This document shows positions 1 through 12,995 of a stretch of DNA of 64,000 bases, piece after piece. The notes under the pieces were generated by a model. The model saw only the letters and a list, made by a program, of their open reading frames with translations, made no database searches and was not told the origin of the DNA. The translations under genes and the position numbers were made by a program. The stretch's first letter is position 1; each line of letters begins with the position of its first letter. This DNA comes from Malacoraja senta (Eukaryota). Where the stretch lies: the NCBI GenBank assembly GCA_038087875.1, contig CM075997.1, forward strand, positions 682,001 to 746,000, written 5' to 3'.

Positions 1-170
1 CAACTCTTCCTTCTTCCTGCCCCCCCCCCCCCCCCACATCAGTCTGAAGAAGGTTCTCAACCCGAAACGTTGCCTATTTCCTTCGCTCCATAGATGCTGC
101 CTCACCCGCTGAGTTTCTCCAGCATTTTTGTCTACCTTCGATTTTCCAGCATCTGCAGTTCCTTCTTAAA
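1..170 (+). mobile_element. Penelope pLTR-derived mini-element with hammerhead-like core (44-71)
   Basis: Matches the 3' pLTR of the 41-kb element and ends in gttccttcttaaac. Confidence 0.8.
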
Positions 171-171
171 C

Positions 172-510
172 ATGATAAGGGAATAACGTTTAGTGCAAGG
201 TAAAGCCAGCAAAGTCTGATCACGGATAGTCGGAGGATCACCAAAGTGTTGGATAGTAGTTCAGCACTGCTCTCTGGTTGGGGTAGGATGGTTCAGTTGC
301 CTGATAACAGCTGGGAAGAAAACTGTCCCTGAATCTGGAGGTGTGCGTTTTCACACTTCTGTCCCTCTTGCATGAGGGGAGAAGAGGGAGTGGCCAGGGT
401 GCGAGTCGTCCTTGATTATGCAACTGGCCTTGCCGAGGCAGCGTGGAGGTGTGAATGGAGTCAATAGAAGGGAGGTGGGCTTGTGTGATGGTCAGGGCTG
501 TGTCCACAGA
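172..510 (-). mobile_element. Rex1/Babar-type LINE 3' fragment (second subfamily)
   Basis: IIKDDSHPGHSLF...FPAVIRQLN-like remnant; related pieces at about 26230-26385, 28420-28680 and 58757-59135. Confidence 0.65.
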
Positions 511-599
511 CGCAGTAACACAGTGATGTAGCGGTGTTAGACCACGTGACAAGTTGCAAGAGCAACCGAGTGACCACGTTGCTTTCTTTGCCTCTGCAG

Positions 600-727
600 G
601 AGCCAGCGAGGCATACCTGGTTGGTCTGTTTGAAGACACCAACCTGTGCGCCATCCATGCCAAACGCGTTACCATCATGCCGAAGGACATACAGCTGGCC
701 CGCCGTATCCGGGGCGAGCGTGCTTAA
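600..727 (+). CDS. H3F3: Histone H3.3-type gene, last coding exon (appears 1 nt short)
   Basis: Follows a pyrimidine tract and acceptor (ctttctttgcctctgcag, AG at 598-599). From 602 it reads [41 protein letters not shown], with TAA at 725-727. An intron at this position and a long AU-rich tail without a histone stem-loop indicate replication-independent H3.3. The paralog cannot be assigned. Confidence 0.9.
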
Positions 728-1290
728 AAATGAAAGAGAAGAAAAGAAAATCATGTTTTACCATGGGTCTTCTGTATTATTAGTAAAGGCTATCATTTTT
801 TTTTTTCCTTATTCTTATTCATAGTAGGCTAATTCATCCGAGCGTATAATCTTCATTGTTTCAAAAAGAGGTTTAGGTCTTCTGTGTTTGTATGTCCCAA
901 ACAAGAGGAATCTTTGTTGAGATGTTAACTAACTTTCAGTGGTGTTTTTTTGTAAAATTCGTTTTTCATACCAGCAAGCAATTAAAAAACAAAGGGAGAA
1001 TTTATACAAAGGTTTTGTAACAAAACCCAATTTACAACTCAGAACACTGAGCAGGGACCACATGGACCTGCTTCTATCAGGCAATCTGTAAGATATTCAT
1101 ACAGATCACTATGCATTTTTTTTGTGTGTGTTTTTTTCACTTATATTTGATAATTCTGCATTCTAGGGGTAGGCCATGATGATTTTTTTTTTCCTATTTC
1201 AATATTGCGTGTCTCAAAATGTTTGATCCTGATCTTTGTAATTGCAAAATTTTTCCCATGAAAAATAATATTAAATAGATAGAGAAAAAA
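728..1290 (+). other. Probable H3.3 3' UTR with candidate ATTAAA poly(A) signals
   Basis: Repeat-free AU-rich sequence after the stop codon, with ATTAAA at 981-986 and 1270-1275. Confidence 0.5.
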
Positions 1291-2101
1291 CCCCAATTGA
1301 GTTGTGTACCTTAATGTGTGCCTTCATGCCCATGCTTCCTGGTGTCAACCAGCCTGCTGTGTAATTATGTTTACCATTCACAGAACATTGAAAATACAGC
1401 ACACAAACAGGCTCCTCAGCCCAGAATGTGTCATAAACATGATGCCAACATAAACTAATCTCATCCGCCTGCATGCCAAACAATACCCCTACATATCCCA
1501 TAGGCCTATTTAAAAGAATGAAGGCAAACGGGCTTGTGTGGAGTTCGTAAGTGAAAGGAGCACAATTAGGCCATTCGGCCCAACAAGTCTACACCACCAT
1601 TCAATCATGGCTGATCTATCTCGCCCCTGCAACCCCATTCTCCTGCCTTCTCCCCATAACCCCTACACCCATACTAATCAAGAATCTATCTATCTCTGCC
1701 TTAAAAATAATCATTGACGGCCTCCACTGCCGTATGTGGCAATGAATTCCACAGATTCTCCACCCTCTGACAAAATAAATTCCTCCTTCTGAAAGGAATG
1801 ACCGTTTATTCTGAGGCTATGACCTCTGGTCCGAGACTCTCCCACTAGTGGAAACATCCCACAGTCAAGACGGAAAGGAAAGTTACTAGATGGGATTCTG
1901 AGAAATGGGATATGCTTGCATTTGGAAAGGCAAGGACTCCTTAACAATAGTCAGCATGTCTAGGAAATCATGTCTCACAAATATGACATAATTTTGAAGA
2001 GATGACCAAGAAGAATGCTGAGGATAGGGCAGTCGAAAGTACATGGATTTTAGCACGGCCTTTAAGGTCCTATGTGATAGACTGGTCTGGAAAGTTAGAT
2101 C

Positions 2102-2772
2102 AATAGGCAATAGGTGCAGGAGTAGGCCATTCAGCCCTTCGAGCCAGCACCGCCATTCAATGTGATCATGGCTGATCATCCCCAATCAGTATTCCATTCC
2201 TGCCTTCTCCCCATATCTCCTGACTTTGCTATCTTTAAGAGCTCTATCTAACTCTCCCTTGAAAGCATCCAGAGAACCGGCCTCCACCGCCTTCTGAGGC
2301 AGAGAATTCCACAGACTCACAACTCTCTGTGTGAAAAAGTTTTTCCTCATCTCCGTTCTAAATGGATTACCCCTTATTCTTAAACTGGCCCCTGGTTCTG
2401 GACTCCCCCGACATCGGGAACATGTTTCCTGCCTCTAGCGTGTTCAAACCCTGAATAATCTTATATGTTTCAATAAGATCCTCTCTCATCCTTCTAAATT
2501 CCAGAGTATATAAGCCCAGCAGCTCCATTCTATCAACATATGACAGTCCTGCCATCCCGGGAATTAACCTGGTGAACCTACGCTGCACTCCCTCAATAGC
2601 AAGAATGTCCTTCCTCAAATATGGAGACCAAAACTGCACACAATACTCCAGGTGTGGTCTCACTAGGGCCCTGTACAACTGCAGAAGTACCTATTTGCTC
2701 CTATAGTCAACTCCTCTTGTTATGAAGGCCAACATGCCATTCGCTTTCTTCACTGCCTGCTGTACCTGCATC
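2102..2772 (-). mobile_element. CR1 LINE 3' fragment
   Basis: LVRPHLEYCVQFWSPYLRKDI...RGDLIE-type peptide plus the conserved 3' UTR. Confidence 0.9.
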
Positions 2773-4777
2773 CTACACAAACACCCATGTCCGTTTTCGG
2801 TGAAGAATTTGAATAAATAAACATACTGAACACAAAAAAACTGTGTTGAGTATCTCAGTGGGTCAGGCAGCTTCTCTGGAGAACCTGGATAGGTGACATT
2901 TCAGGTTGGGGACCCCTCATCAGGCTCTTGAGCAAAAAACACAAATGCTGGAACAACCTCAAGTCAAGTCAAGTTTATTGGTCACATACACATACGAGAT
3001 GTGCAGTGAAATGAAAAGTGGCAATGCTTGCAAGATTGTGCACAAAAAAAAAAAAAACTACAAACAGAGTGGAACAGAATCACATATTCACATATTACAT
3101 ATTTGTGGGAGGAAAGAAAAAGAAAAGAAAGGAAAAACAGCAATTTTAAAAAGACACCACACAACAATAAAATTGTACAGTAAAGTTAGTCCCTGGTGAG
3201 ACAGGTGTTTTACAGTCCTAATGGCCTCTGGTAAGAAACTCCTCAACCTCGCGGGTCAGACAGCCTTCTTGAACAAAAAATACAAAGTGCCTGAGTAACT
3301 TTGAGTTACTGAGTGTTACTTTGAGTTATTGAGTTAGCTGAGTGTCTGGTCAGTGTGATAAAAGTGTCGGCAACCCGTGCTCTCCGGAGACGCTGCCTCA
3401 CCCGCAGCGTTACACCAGCACTTTGTGTTTGTTGTTCAAGGTTCCAGCACCTGCAGTTCCTTGCGTCTACTGAAATAGTGAAAACAGCCGCTTCATTCAT
3501 CCGACTGTCCAGGAGAGGGCAGCAAGAGGACAACAGACGAGGATGGATAGAAAGCAAAACACCGCAGGTGTTTCAAGTCCATGAAATAATGAGAGATAGC
3601 TGTGAATGTATAGTGTGGAGGGTGGACCAAAGTGGTCACTCTGCATTAAATTAAAGAGCTGCAACATCCAGTGATATCCAAGAGGTTTAAATATTGCCAG
3701 CTTTTGGAATGTGCACATGCTCTTAACATTATTTAGCATGAGGACGCATTAGCATCTATTTTTAGATAGCCATGCTACCAGAGGAGGTGGTTGAGGCAGG
3801 TTCTATCACAACAGCCATGACCACATTGAATGGCGGTGCTGGCTTGAAGGGCCGGATGGCCTACTCCTGCACCTATTGTCTATTGTCTATAACATTTAAA
3901 AGACATTTGGACAGGGACATGGATAGGAAAGGGCTAGGTAAATATGGGCCACATGCGGGCAAGTGGGACTAATGTAGATGGGGCATCTTGGTTGGCATGG
4001 GCAAGTAGGGCCGAAGGGCCTCTTTCCATGCAGAATGACTATGATTGGCAGAGAGGGTTGGGGGGCAACTTGGGAGCCCCTCCACTTACCTGTAAGGTTC
4101 TTTGCATTGAGCAGCAAAATCCCATGAACACCAATGACTAGATGCCACTGAGTGTTTCAAGCAGGTGGCTGCTCAGGGAAGATAGGGAGGTCTTCCTCTT
4201 TCAGTCATACCTCTTCACCATGTCTTTGGCCCTGCACTTAAGACCTTCGACTGATATAATGTCATCCAGTTCTGAAGAAGAATCGCAGGCATAATAAAGC
4301 TGGAGTGGGTGGTGCAAATTTTAAACTGTGCTTTATTATGTAGGCATAAGGAACTGAAAACACTGGTTTACCAAAAATAAGACATAAATTGCTGGAGTAT
4401 CTCAGCAGATCAGGCTGCATATCTGGAGAGCACGGATAGGTGATGTTTTCAGTCTGAAGAAAGGTCCTGACCCAAAACATCACCTCTTCATGTTCTCCAG
4501 AGATACTGCTTGACCCGCTGAGTTACTCCAGCTTGACCCACTGAGTTACTTTGTGTCTTTCGTGGGAGTGGGATATTGTGACAACCACAGAAACATGGCT
4601 GAGAGAAAGGGGCAAGGATTGCAGCTCGATGTTCCTGGATATAGTATTTTCAGAGGTGGGGAGAATGAGGTGAGGAAAAGCTTTTTCATCCAGAGAGTTG
4701 TGAATCTGTGGAATTCTCTGCCACAGAAGACACTGGAGGCCAATTCACTGGATGCTTTCAAGAGAGAGTTAGATTAA

Positions 4778-5004
4778 AGGGCCTGTCCCATTTTTACGCC
4801 CTAATTCACGACCTCCGCCGAGTTTGCCCTTGACTCATACTTGCATCATGGTCGTCACGAGGTCGTAGGTAAGTCGTAGTAGGTCGTGTTGCTAGTCGTA
4901 GGTACTCGTGGCATCAAGTAGGTCGGGGCGTTTTTTCAACATGATGAAAAATGTCCACGAGTAAAAAAGGTCGTGAATTAGGTTGTGAAAGTGGGACAGG
5001 CCCT
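4778..5004. mobile_element. PIF/Harbinger-type MITE inserted in a CR1 fragment
   Basis: TIRs AGGGCCTGTCCCA...TGGGACAGGCCCT with TAA/TTA flanks. Confidence 0.8.
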
Positions 5005-5599
5005 TTAGCTCTTAGGGCTAAGGGAATCAAGGGATATGGGGAAAAAGCAGTAACAGGGTACTGATTTTAGATGATCAGCCATGAGCATGTTGAATGGTGG
5101 TGCTGGCTCGAAGGGCCGAATGGCCTACTCCTGCACCTATTTTTCAATGTTTTTTTCAATGTTTCTATGAAAGGGGATGAGTTCTTGCTGATCGGGGAGA
5201 GCGTTGCAGAAACACTCAGAGAGGACGTCCTGGAGGGATCAGCAAATGTTTAGTAGAACTTACAAATAAGAAAAGGGCGATCACTTTGATGGGATTATAT
5301 GTAGGCCTCCAAATAGTCAGCAGGATTTGGAAGAATAAATATGTAACCAAATAGCATTAAGATGTAAAAGCACTAAGTACTAGAGGGTGATTTTAACTTT
5401 CTAGTATTGACATATGAGGGTATATACTTAAGGTGAGAGGAGAGAGATTTAAGAGGTACCTTAGGGGAAACCTTATCACTCAAGTGTGAATTCCACACCT
5501 AGAATGAAGTCATTGCAGGCAAATGGAACTAGCCCAGACAGCCAATTTGGTGAGCAAGGACAGGATGGGCCGAAGGACATCTCTATGATGAGCTGGATG

Positions 5600-6076
5600 A
5601 CCAGGTTAATTCCCGGGATGACGGGACTGTCATATGTTGATAGAATGGAGCGGCTGGGCTTGTATACTCTGGAATTTAGAAGGATGAGAGGGGATCTTAT
5701 TGGAACATATAAGATTATTAAGGGTTTGGACATGCTAGAGGCAGGAAACATGTTCCCGATGTTGGGGGAGTCCGGAACCAGGGGTCACATTTTAAGAAGC
5801 CATTTAGAACAGAGATGAGGAAAAACGTTTTCACAAAGTGAGTTGTGAGTCTGTTGAATTCTCTGCCTCAGAGGCTGGAGGCTGGTTCTCTGGATGCTTT
5901 CAAGAGAGAGCTAGACAGAGCTCTTAAAGATAGCGGAGTCAAGGGATATGGGGAGAAGGCAGGAACAGGGTATTGATTGTGGATGATCAGCCATGATCAT
6001 ATTGAATGGCGGTGCTGGCCCGAGGGGGCCAAATGGCCTACTCCTGCACCAATTGTGTATTGTCTATTGTCTATTG
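5600..6076 (+). mobile_element. CR1 LINE 3' fragment with (CTATTGT)n tail
   Basis: RLIPGMTGLSY...RGDLI peptide and the conserved 3' UTR. Confidence 0.85.
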
Positions 6077-6102
6077 ACATCTCTATGACTGGGATTGCCT
6101 TG

Positions 6103-6338
6103 AGGGCCTGTTGCACTTGGCGACTGCCGGCATCATTGACTGACGTATCAGGTCACCGAAAAATACGCGGCGTGATACGGTGGTGACGCGGCGTGATGAC
6201 GTACGACGAGGCAATGTTTTTTCAAGTGTCGTAACTTTTTTTTTGTCGCCGCTGGATTTTGAAATGTTCAAAATCTTTTGGCGACACTGATATGACGCTG
6301 GCAGTCGCCGAAAAAAAACGGCAAGTGGGCCGGGCCCT
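6103..6338. mobile_element. Degenerate MITE of the same TIR family
   Basis: agggcctgttgcactt ... aagtgggccgggccct; interior similar to 38427-38704. Confidence 0.7.
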
Positions 6339-6779
6339 ATACTTTTAGAGGCCTAGATGCAGTGGAATGCTGCCTGACCCACTGAGTTACTCCAGCATTT
6401 TGTGTCTATTGGAAGAACTTAGTCAACGGCGGTGACGAGGGAGTAGCCCGATAAACGGGTGTCAGAGGTTATGGGGCAAAGGCAAGAGAATGGGGTTGGG
6501 AGAGAGAGACAGATCAGCCATGATTGAATGGCGGAGTAGACTTGATGGGCCGAATGGCCTAATTCTACTCCTATCCCGACCCGGGGTAGATCGCCCGAGG
6601 CGGGGGAGCTGACATCCCCCCGGATCTTATGACTTGTGATGAACAGGGCCAAGCTCGTCGAATGTTGGCACAGCCTGGGGAATGGCCTGCTCCTGCCAAA
6701 GCTCCAGAATTGTCCATTGTCCTTCACCGTCCAGCCTGCCTGAGGTGAGCAGAATTAGAGCAGCATCCCTGCTGACATA

Positions 6780-7060
6780 CAGTACAACTCCTGTAATCCT
6801 CCTTAAGCAGAGCTAAAAACAGGCCTGCATTCTGGCAGTTCCACTCTCATGTAATACCCCATGTCAATAATAATCTATCAACCTGCTTAATCCTCTCTCT
6901 GTGCTCCATAAAGCCTTTCTGTTCACATCGGACACAACTCTAACCTTTAGCTAAGTGTGTGTGTGTGCATTTCCTTTTTTTTTTAATAGATTGATGGAAA
7001 TCTATTAAGGCTCCACGCGTTAATTGGGGTTATTGTTGCCAAGGCAACGTTGAACTTCAA
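6780..7060. promoter_or_regulatory. Candidate enhancer (Otx/Crx sites + RFX X-box)
   Basis: TAATCC 6794 and 6888, TAATCT 6871, GTTGCCAAGGCAAC 7035-7048. Confidence 0.4.
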
Positions 7061-7194
7061 AGCGATGGGGCATTGCTTCAAACAGAATGGAAACTCACCA
7101 CCAGCACTTAGCCGATGTTAAATAAAAATGGAATGAATGAAAAATTACAGGGAGCGTGGCGTTACCGGATGAGAAGAGGGCTTCATCTGCTTCT

Positions 7195-8075
7195 TATGGA
7201 ATCATAGAGTGATACAGTGTAGAAACAGGCCCTTCGGCCCAACGCGCCCGCACCGGCCAACAATGTCTCAGCTACCCCAGTCCCACTTGCCTGCGCTTGG
7301 TCCATAACCCTCCAAACCTGTCCTATCCATGTACCTGTCCAACTGTTTCTTCAACGATGGGATAGTCCCATTCCCGGGATGGCGGGACTGTCATATGCTG
7401 AGAGAATGGAGCGGCTGGGCTTGTACAACTCTGGAGTTTAGATGGATGAGAGGGGATCTTATTGAAACATATAAGATTGTTAAGGGTTTGGACACGTTAG
7501 AGGCAGGAAACATGTTCCCGATGTTGGGGGAGTCCAGAACCAGGGGCCACAGTTTAAGAATAAGGGGTATGCCATTTAGAAGGGAGACGAGGAAACACTT
7601 TTTCTCACAGAGAGTTGTGAGTCTGAGGAATTCTCTGCCTCAGAGGGCGGTGGAGGCCGGTTCTCTGGATACTTTCAAGAGAGAGCTAGATAGGGCTCTT
7701 AAAAATAGCGGAGTCAGGGGATATGGGGAGAAGGCAAGAACGGGGTACTGATTGGGGATGATCAGCCATGATCACATTGAATGGTGGTGCTGGCTCAAAG
7801 GGCCGAATGGCCTACTCCTGCAGCTATTGTCTATTGTCTATTGTCAACTACCTCCTCTGGCAGCTTGTTCCAGACACCCACCACCCTCTGTGTGAAAAAG
7901 TTACCCCTCTGATTCCTATTGAATCTTTTCCCCTTCACTTGAACCTATGTCCTCTGGTCCTCGATTCCGCTACTCTGGGCAAAAGACTCTGTGCATCTAC
8001 CTGATCTATTCCTCTCATGATTCTATAAGATCACCCCTCATCCTCCCATGCTCCATGGAATAGAGACCCAGCCTG
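7195..8075. mobile_element. Nested CR1 fragments: + copy at 7370-7843 inside a - copy of another subfamily
   Basis: The - fragment breaks at gatagtccca (about 7370) and resumes at tcaactacctcc (about 7844). Confidence 0.8.
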
Positions 8076-8710
8076 GTCTTCAGACACTTGGATAGGAAAG
8101 ATTTACAGGGATATGGGCCAAACGTGGGCAAATGGGCTAAACTCAGATTGACATCTTGGTCGGCATGGTCGAGTTGGGCTGAATGGCCTATTTCCATGTT
8201 GCATGACTCTAGGCAAAACATGGTGCTGCAGATGCAAATGGACTCAAAGTGGGCCCAAAGTACTGGAGTAACTCAGTAGGTCAGCGAACCTGCCTGACCC
8301 GCTGGGATACTCCAGCACTTTGCCTACCTGTGTGATCAGGTAAAATGTTGTCATTGGGGTCTGGAATTCTGTCATTGTCACCCCTTCCACCTGCAGCGCT
8401 GCTAATTTACACAACCTGTACTGTTCCTTACAGCGGAGGAAGGAACTGCAGATGCTGGTTTACACCAAAGATAGACACAAAATTCTGGATTAAACTCAGC
8501 GGGTCAGGCAGCATCGCTGGGGAAACGGAATAGGTTGAGAAAAGGAATAGCTATTCCTATTCTTCAGTCTGAAGAAGGGTCTCGACCCGAAACGTCACCC
8601 GTTGCTTCTCTCCAGAGATGCTGCCTGATGCGCTGAGTTACTCCAACATTTTGTATCTGTTCCTTATTGCCCCCTGTTTCCTTTCTCCCCATCCCTGTCT
8701 TTTATAACTT

Positions 8711-9222
8711 CTCATCATCATCGACAGTCACTTGAAACAAGTATGACTGTCCTCTCAAATAGGCCCGACCTCGGGTGAACTAAGAGGAGGGGGACTGGAC
8801 TTTTTAGTGCCTTCCCCTCACATTGGCAAGTGTTGATTCTTCTGTGTTGGGACATTCATGTTAAATTCTATAGTGTGTTGTGTCTTTACATTTTATATGG
8901 ATGTATGGTAATCTGATTTCTTCTCTGTAAAGCACTTTGGCTTCAACTTGATTTGATTTAAAAGTGGTATATAAATAAAAATTACTTACTTACTTACTCT
9001 CATGGAGGACGCCAGTGCGTGACTTTGTTTGACGTGGGGAGACTGGTGCACAGACAGCCATCACATGGTCCTTGACAGATCTGGGTCAGGATCCAGTGGC
9101 ATGGAGTCCAAGACGACCGGAGACCCTTTTCTGCTGCAGCCTTCATCCGCCTTCCCAGCCGTCGTGACGCTCCACTATAGTCAGCCATCGTCCTCCGCCT
9201 GTTCCACCATTGAGGTCTTGGT
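8711..9222 (-). mobile_element. RTE-like short element with (GAT)n tail, interrupted by a + strand L2-tailed element (about 8757-8998)
   Basis: The minus strand ends in ...gtcgatgatgatgag; the insert ends in tataaataaaa(ttac)n. The family assignment is tentative. Confidence 0.4.
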
Positions 9223-10030
9223 TCTATAACCTCTATAACTGTGTGACTCCATGATTAAGAGCAAATCTCACCTTCTGGAACTTAAATCTCTCGCTTTCCC
9301 CTTCCCAGCTTCTGATTAGCTCTTAAACTCAAGCTAGTAGACACAAAATGCTGGAGTAAATGCTGGAGTAACTGCTGGAGAAACCCTGAAGAAGGGTCTC
9401 GACCCGAAACGTCACCCGTTCCTTCTCGCCAGAGATGCTGCCTGCCTCGCTGAGTTACTCCAGCATTTTGTGTCTACCTTAGATTTAAACCAGCATCTGC
9501 AGTTCTTTCCTACACCTTAAACTCAATTTGCCCTTGCTATGACAGGTGATTATTTTATATTTGAATATTCCACTAATTTACTATCATGATTAATCAGATA
9601 TTCAGTTAATGCAAATCATCATGAAAATTGGCACAATCTTTTGATTTAAATAAATTCTCGGCCTGAAACCAAATCTGTTTAAATATAAATTGGTGGCCTT
9701 AACATGTTATCGCTCATGATACAAAAACAGTAAGGGTTGCCTTTCCACAGCGCATTTCACAGTCCAAGGGCATTCCAAAGTGTTCAGCAGCTGCTGAGAC
9801 GGTGGTGAAGTGTCTGTGTCTTTTCTACCAGGGACATTGCAGCAGCTATTTGTGAACAGCAAGCTCCCACAAATGGCAGTGTGATCAAGTCCAGATAGAG
9901 AATGGTGGTACATAGAACATAGAACATAGTGAAGGCATCCGCAGTTCCTTCCTATACATAGTACAGACCCTTCGGCCCATAATGTCTCTGCCCAACATAA
10001 TGCCAAGATCAACCCTTATCTGCCTTCATG

Positions 10031-10049
10031 TGGCGCCACCTGGTGGTCA
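10031..10049 (-). promoter_or_regulatory. Candidate CTCF binding site
   Basis: TGACCACCAGGTGGCGCCA on - matches the core CCASYAGRKGGCRS fully and lies in apparently unique sequence. Confidence 0.6.
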
Positions 10050-11779
10050 AACCACTTACTGATCGAACCCTCGTCACCAGAACCGAAATGGTCAAGTGGC
10101 TGCGTTTGGTGGGAAGAGAGCGTCATCAGTTAAAGGGTGTGTCCTACAACAACAGCAAAAACTTAGCTGGAGATCGCGAGTCAACGACCTCGCTCAACAG
10201 CAGCAACAATGACTTTATGTTAGAGTGTAGCAAATTTGCATGTACGTCTTAATAAAACCAACGTTTGTGCACAACGTTTGGACTCGCTACAGTGGTGACC
10301 CCGACGTTCCAAAATGATATTTTGGATTATGTCTCTACATTCACATGATTTGGGGTGGGCTCGGTGGCGCAGCGGTAAAGTTGCTGCTTTACATCGCCAG
10401 AGAACCTGTCTCTGGGTTCTGTCTGTACAGAGTTTGTACTGTCCGTTCTCCCTGGGAGGAAACCGGAGCATCCGGAGGAAACCCACGCGATCACAGAGGG
10501 AACGTGCAAACTCCACACACCGACACACCTGACCTGGGTCTCTGGCGCTGTGAGCCAACAGGAGATCGCGGGGAGCTAGAAGATCAGTTACACCCCTCCA
10601 TGGAGTCGACAGACTGGACCTCTGTTTAACAACACTCCAGAAGATTGCGTGGTGTTCCCTCAGGACTGCATTGGTGACTCGGCCTGGATTTTTGTGCTCA
10701 CGACCCTGGAGTGGAACGTCTCCTACTTGGGGTCAAGGGTGCAATCAATGAGCGCGACGGTGCGGACGTTGCCTGTCTCCCATTAGCTTGGGAACTGTTA
10801 GTTTGTAGGTAATTAGGTCAAGGGTGAACGTACAAACTCCATAGAGACAGCACTCATGCTCTTTGGAGTGTGGGAGGAAACGAGGGTACCCGAAGAAAAC
10901 CCACTTGGTCACAGGGAGAATGTACAAACTCCGTACAATAGACAATAGACAATAGACAATAGGTGCAGGAGTAGGCCATTTGGCCCTTCGAGCCAGCACC
11001 ATGCGTGATCATGGCTGATGATCCACAATCAGTACCCCGTTCCTGCCTTCTCCCCATATCCCCTGACTCCGCTATTTTTAAGAGCCCTATCTAGCTCTTT
11101 CTTGAAAGCATCCAGAGAACCGGCCTCCACTGAGGCAGAGAATTCCACAGACTCACCACTCTCTGTGAGAAAAAGCGTTTCCTCGTCTCCGTTCTAAACG
11201 GCTTATTCCTTACTCCTTATTCTTAAACAGACAGACAGCAACCGTACTCAGAATCAAACCCGGCTCTCTGGCGCTGTGAGGCAGCAGCTCTACCCGCTGC
11301 GCCACCTTGCTGCCATTTGCTGCCTCTTCAAAACCTGTCATGGACCAACCATATTGAAGCAAGAGCCCAAAAGACACCAGCTCCTCTATTGTAGAAACAA
11401 GGAACTGCAGGTGCTGGTTTTCAAAATAAAAAGGCATAGAGTGCTGGAGTAACTCGGCAGGTCAGGCAGCATCTCTGGAGAACATGGATAGGTGACATTT
11501 TGCGTTGGGACCCTTCTTCAGGCTGAAGAAACATCACCTGCCCATGTTCTCCACGGATGCTGTCTAACCCGCCGAGTTACTCCAGCACTTTGTGTCTTTA
11601 CAGGTAGTTATCACGAGCACATTCAGAGTTTGTCTGCTTATGAACGGTGTCACAGGAGATACATTGATTCTCTAAATTCCACCAGTCAATTGCTCCTTTG
11701 TTGAACAATACTAAATCCTGACTAACCCCTGATTAACTCCGTTTACTGAGAGGTTATCATGCAGATCTCTGTCCCAGAA

Positions 11780-12133
11780 GCGAGCGGGCAAGATCATCTC
11801 TGACCCCTCTCACCCTGGCCACAAACTCTTTGAATCACTTCCCTCTGGAAGGCGACTCCGGACTGTCAAAGCTGCCACAGCCAGATATAAAAACAGTTTT
11901 TATCCACGAGTAGTAGCTCTACTCAACAGCCAAAAATCTGTAATCTGGTATTTTGTTGGTTCACATGCTTGATCAATGGTGTTTTCTCATTAATGTTTTA
12001 TTATTATTAATGTTTAGTGTTTTCTGAGTCATTCGTAACTGTCACTGTATGTCATGTTGTTACTTGTGGGCGGAGCACCAAGGCAAATTCCTTGTATGTG
12101 AATACTTGGCCAATAAACTTACTTACTTACTTA
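11780..12133 (+). mobile_element. Rex1/Babar-clade LINE 3' fragment (paralog at about 27480-27866)
   Basis: Translates to RAGKIISDPSHPGHKLFESLPSGRRLRTVKAATARYKNSFYPRVVALLN, then AATAAA and an (ACTT)n tail. Confidence 0.75.
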
Positions 12134-12995
12134 CAAACACACCATGAAGTCTAACGGCAGAATATGGGGCAGTGGAGTGGTGCAACTAGTAGAGTCGGCA
12201 TCTTGGAGCTCTAGCAACCGAGCTTCAAACATGTCCGTGTGGAGACTGTACATTCACACATAGGTGCTCGAATTTTCTCCCACATCCCAAAGAACACAGG
12301 GGTACGTTTCTTCCACAATCCCGCTCCCCCTTTCCCCTTCCCCCACCATCCAAATCCGACCCGAAGCGTCACCTGTATTCAAGAGAGAGTTAGATTTAGC
12401 TCTTCGGGCTAACGGAATCAAGGGATATGGGAAGAAAGCAGGAACGGGGTACTGATTGTGGATGATCAGCCATGATCAGATTGAATGGCGGTGCTGGCTC
12501 GAAGGGCCGAATGGGCCTACCCCTGCACCTATTTTCTGTGTTTCTATGTTTCTATATGGCTTCAGATTTCATGGGTCTTTTCTGTTTATCGCTTTATCTC
12601 ATGGTCACTTGTCCTTTCATCTCATGCCTTTGTCCACTTAAAAGCCAATCCCATACCTATATCACTTGCCAGTCTTTGCCCCGCTCGCCCAACTACAATC
12701 AGTCTGAAGAAGAGTCCCGACCCAAAACGTCGCTTATCCATGTATTCCAGAAATGCTGCCGGACATGCTGAGTTACTCAGCACTTTGTGATTTTTTTTGT
12801 AAACCAGTACCTGCAGTTCCATGTGTCTCAAAAAACGTTTCCTATTTAATTTTTCTATAACCCTCGATCACTTTAAGCATCTACAACCGAACTACTTCTG
12901 CATTCACGAGAACAATGTTAGCAGCGCCATATATCCTAAGTAACTTTCACTATTAGTGCAGGGTCAGACCTAGCTTCCCAAGACAATGATAGCTG

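Noticed and set aside
600..800. Replication-dependent histone or processed pseudogene
   Set aside because: H3 similarity starts at a splice acceptor, and no histone stem-loop follows the stop.
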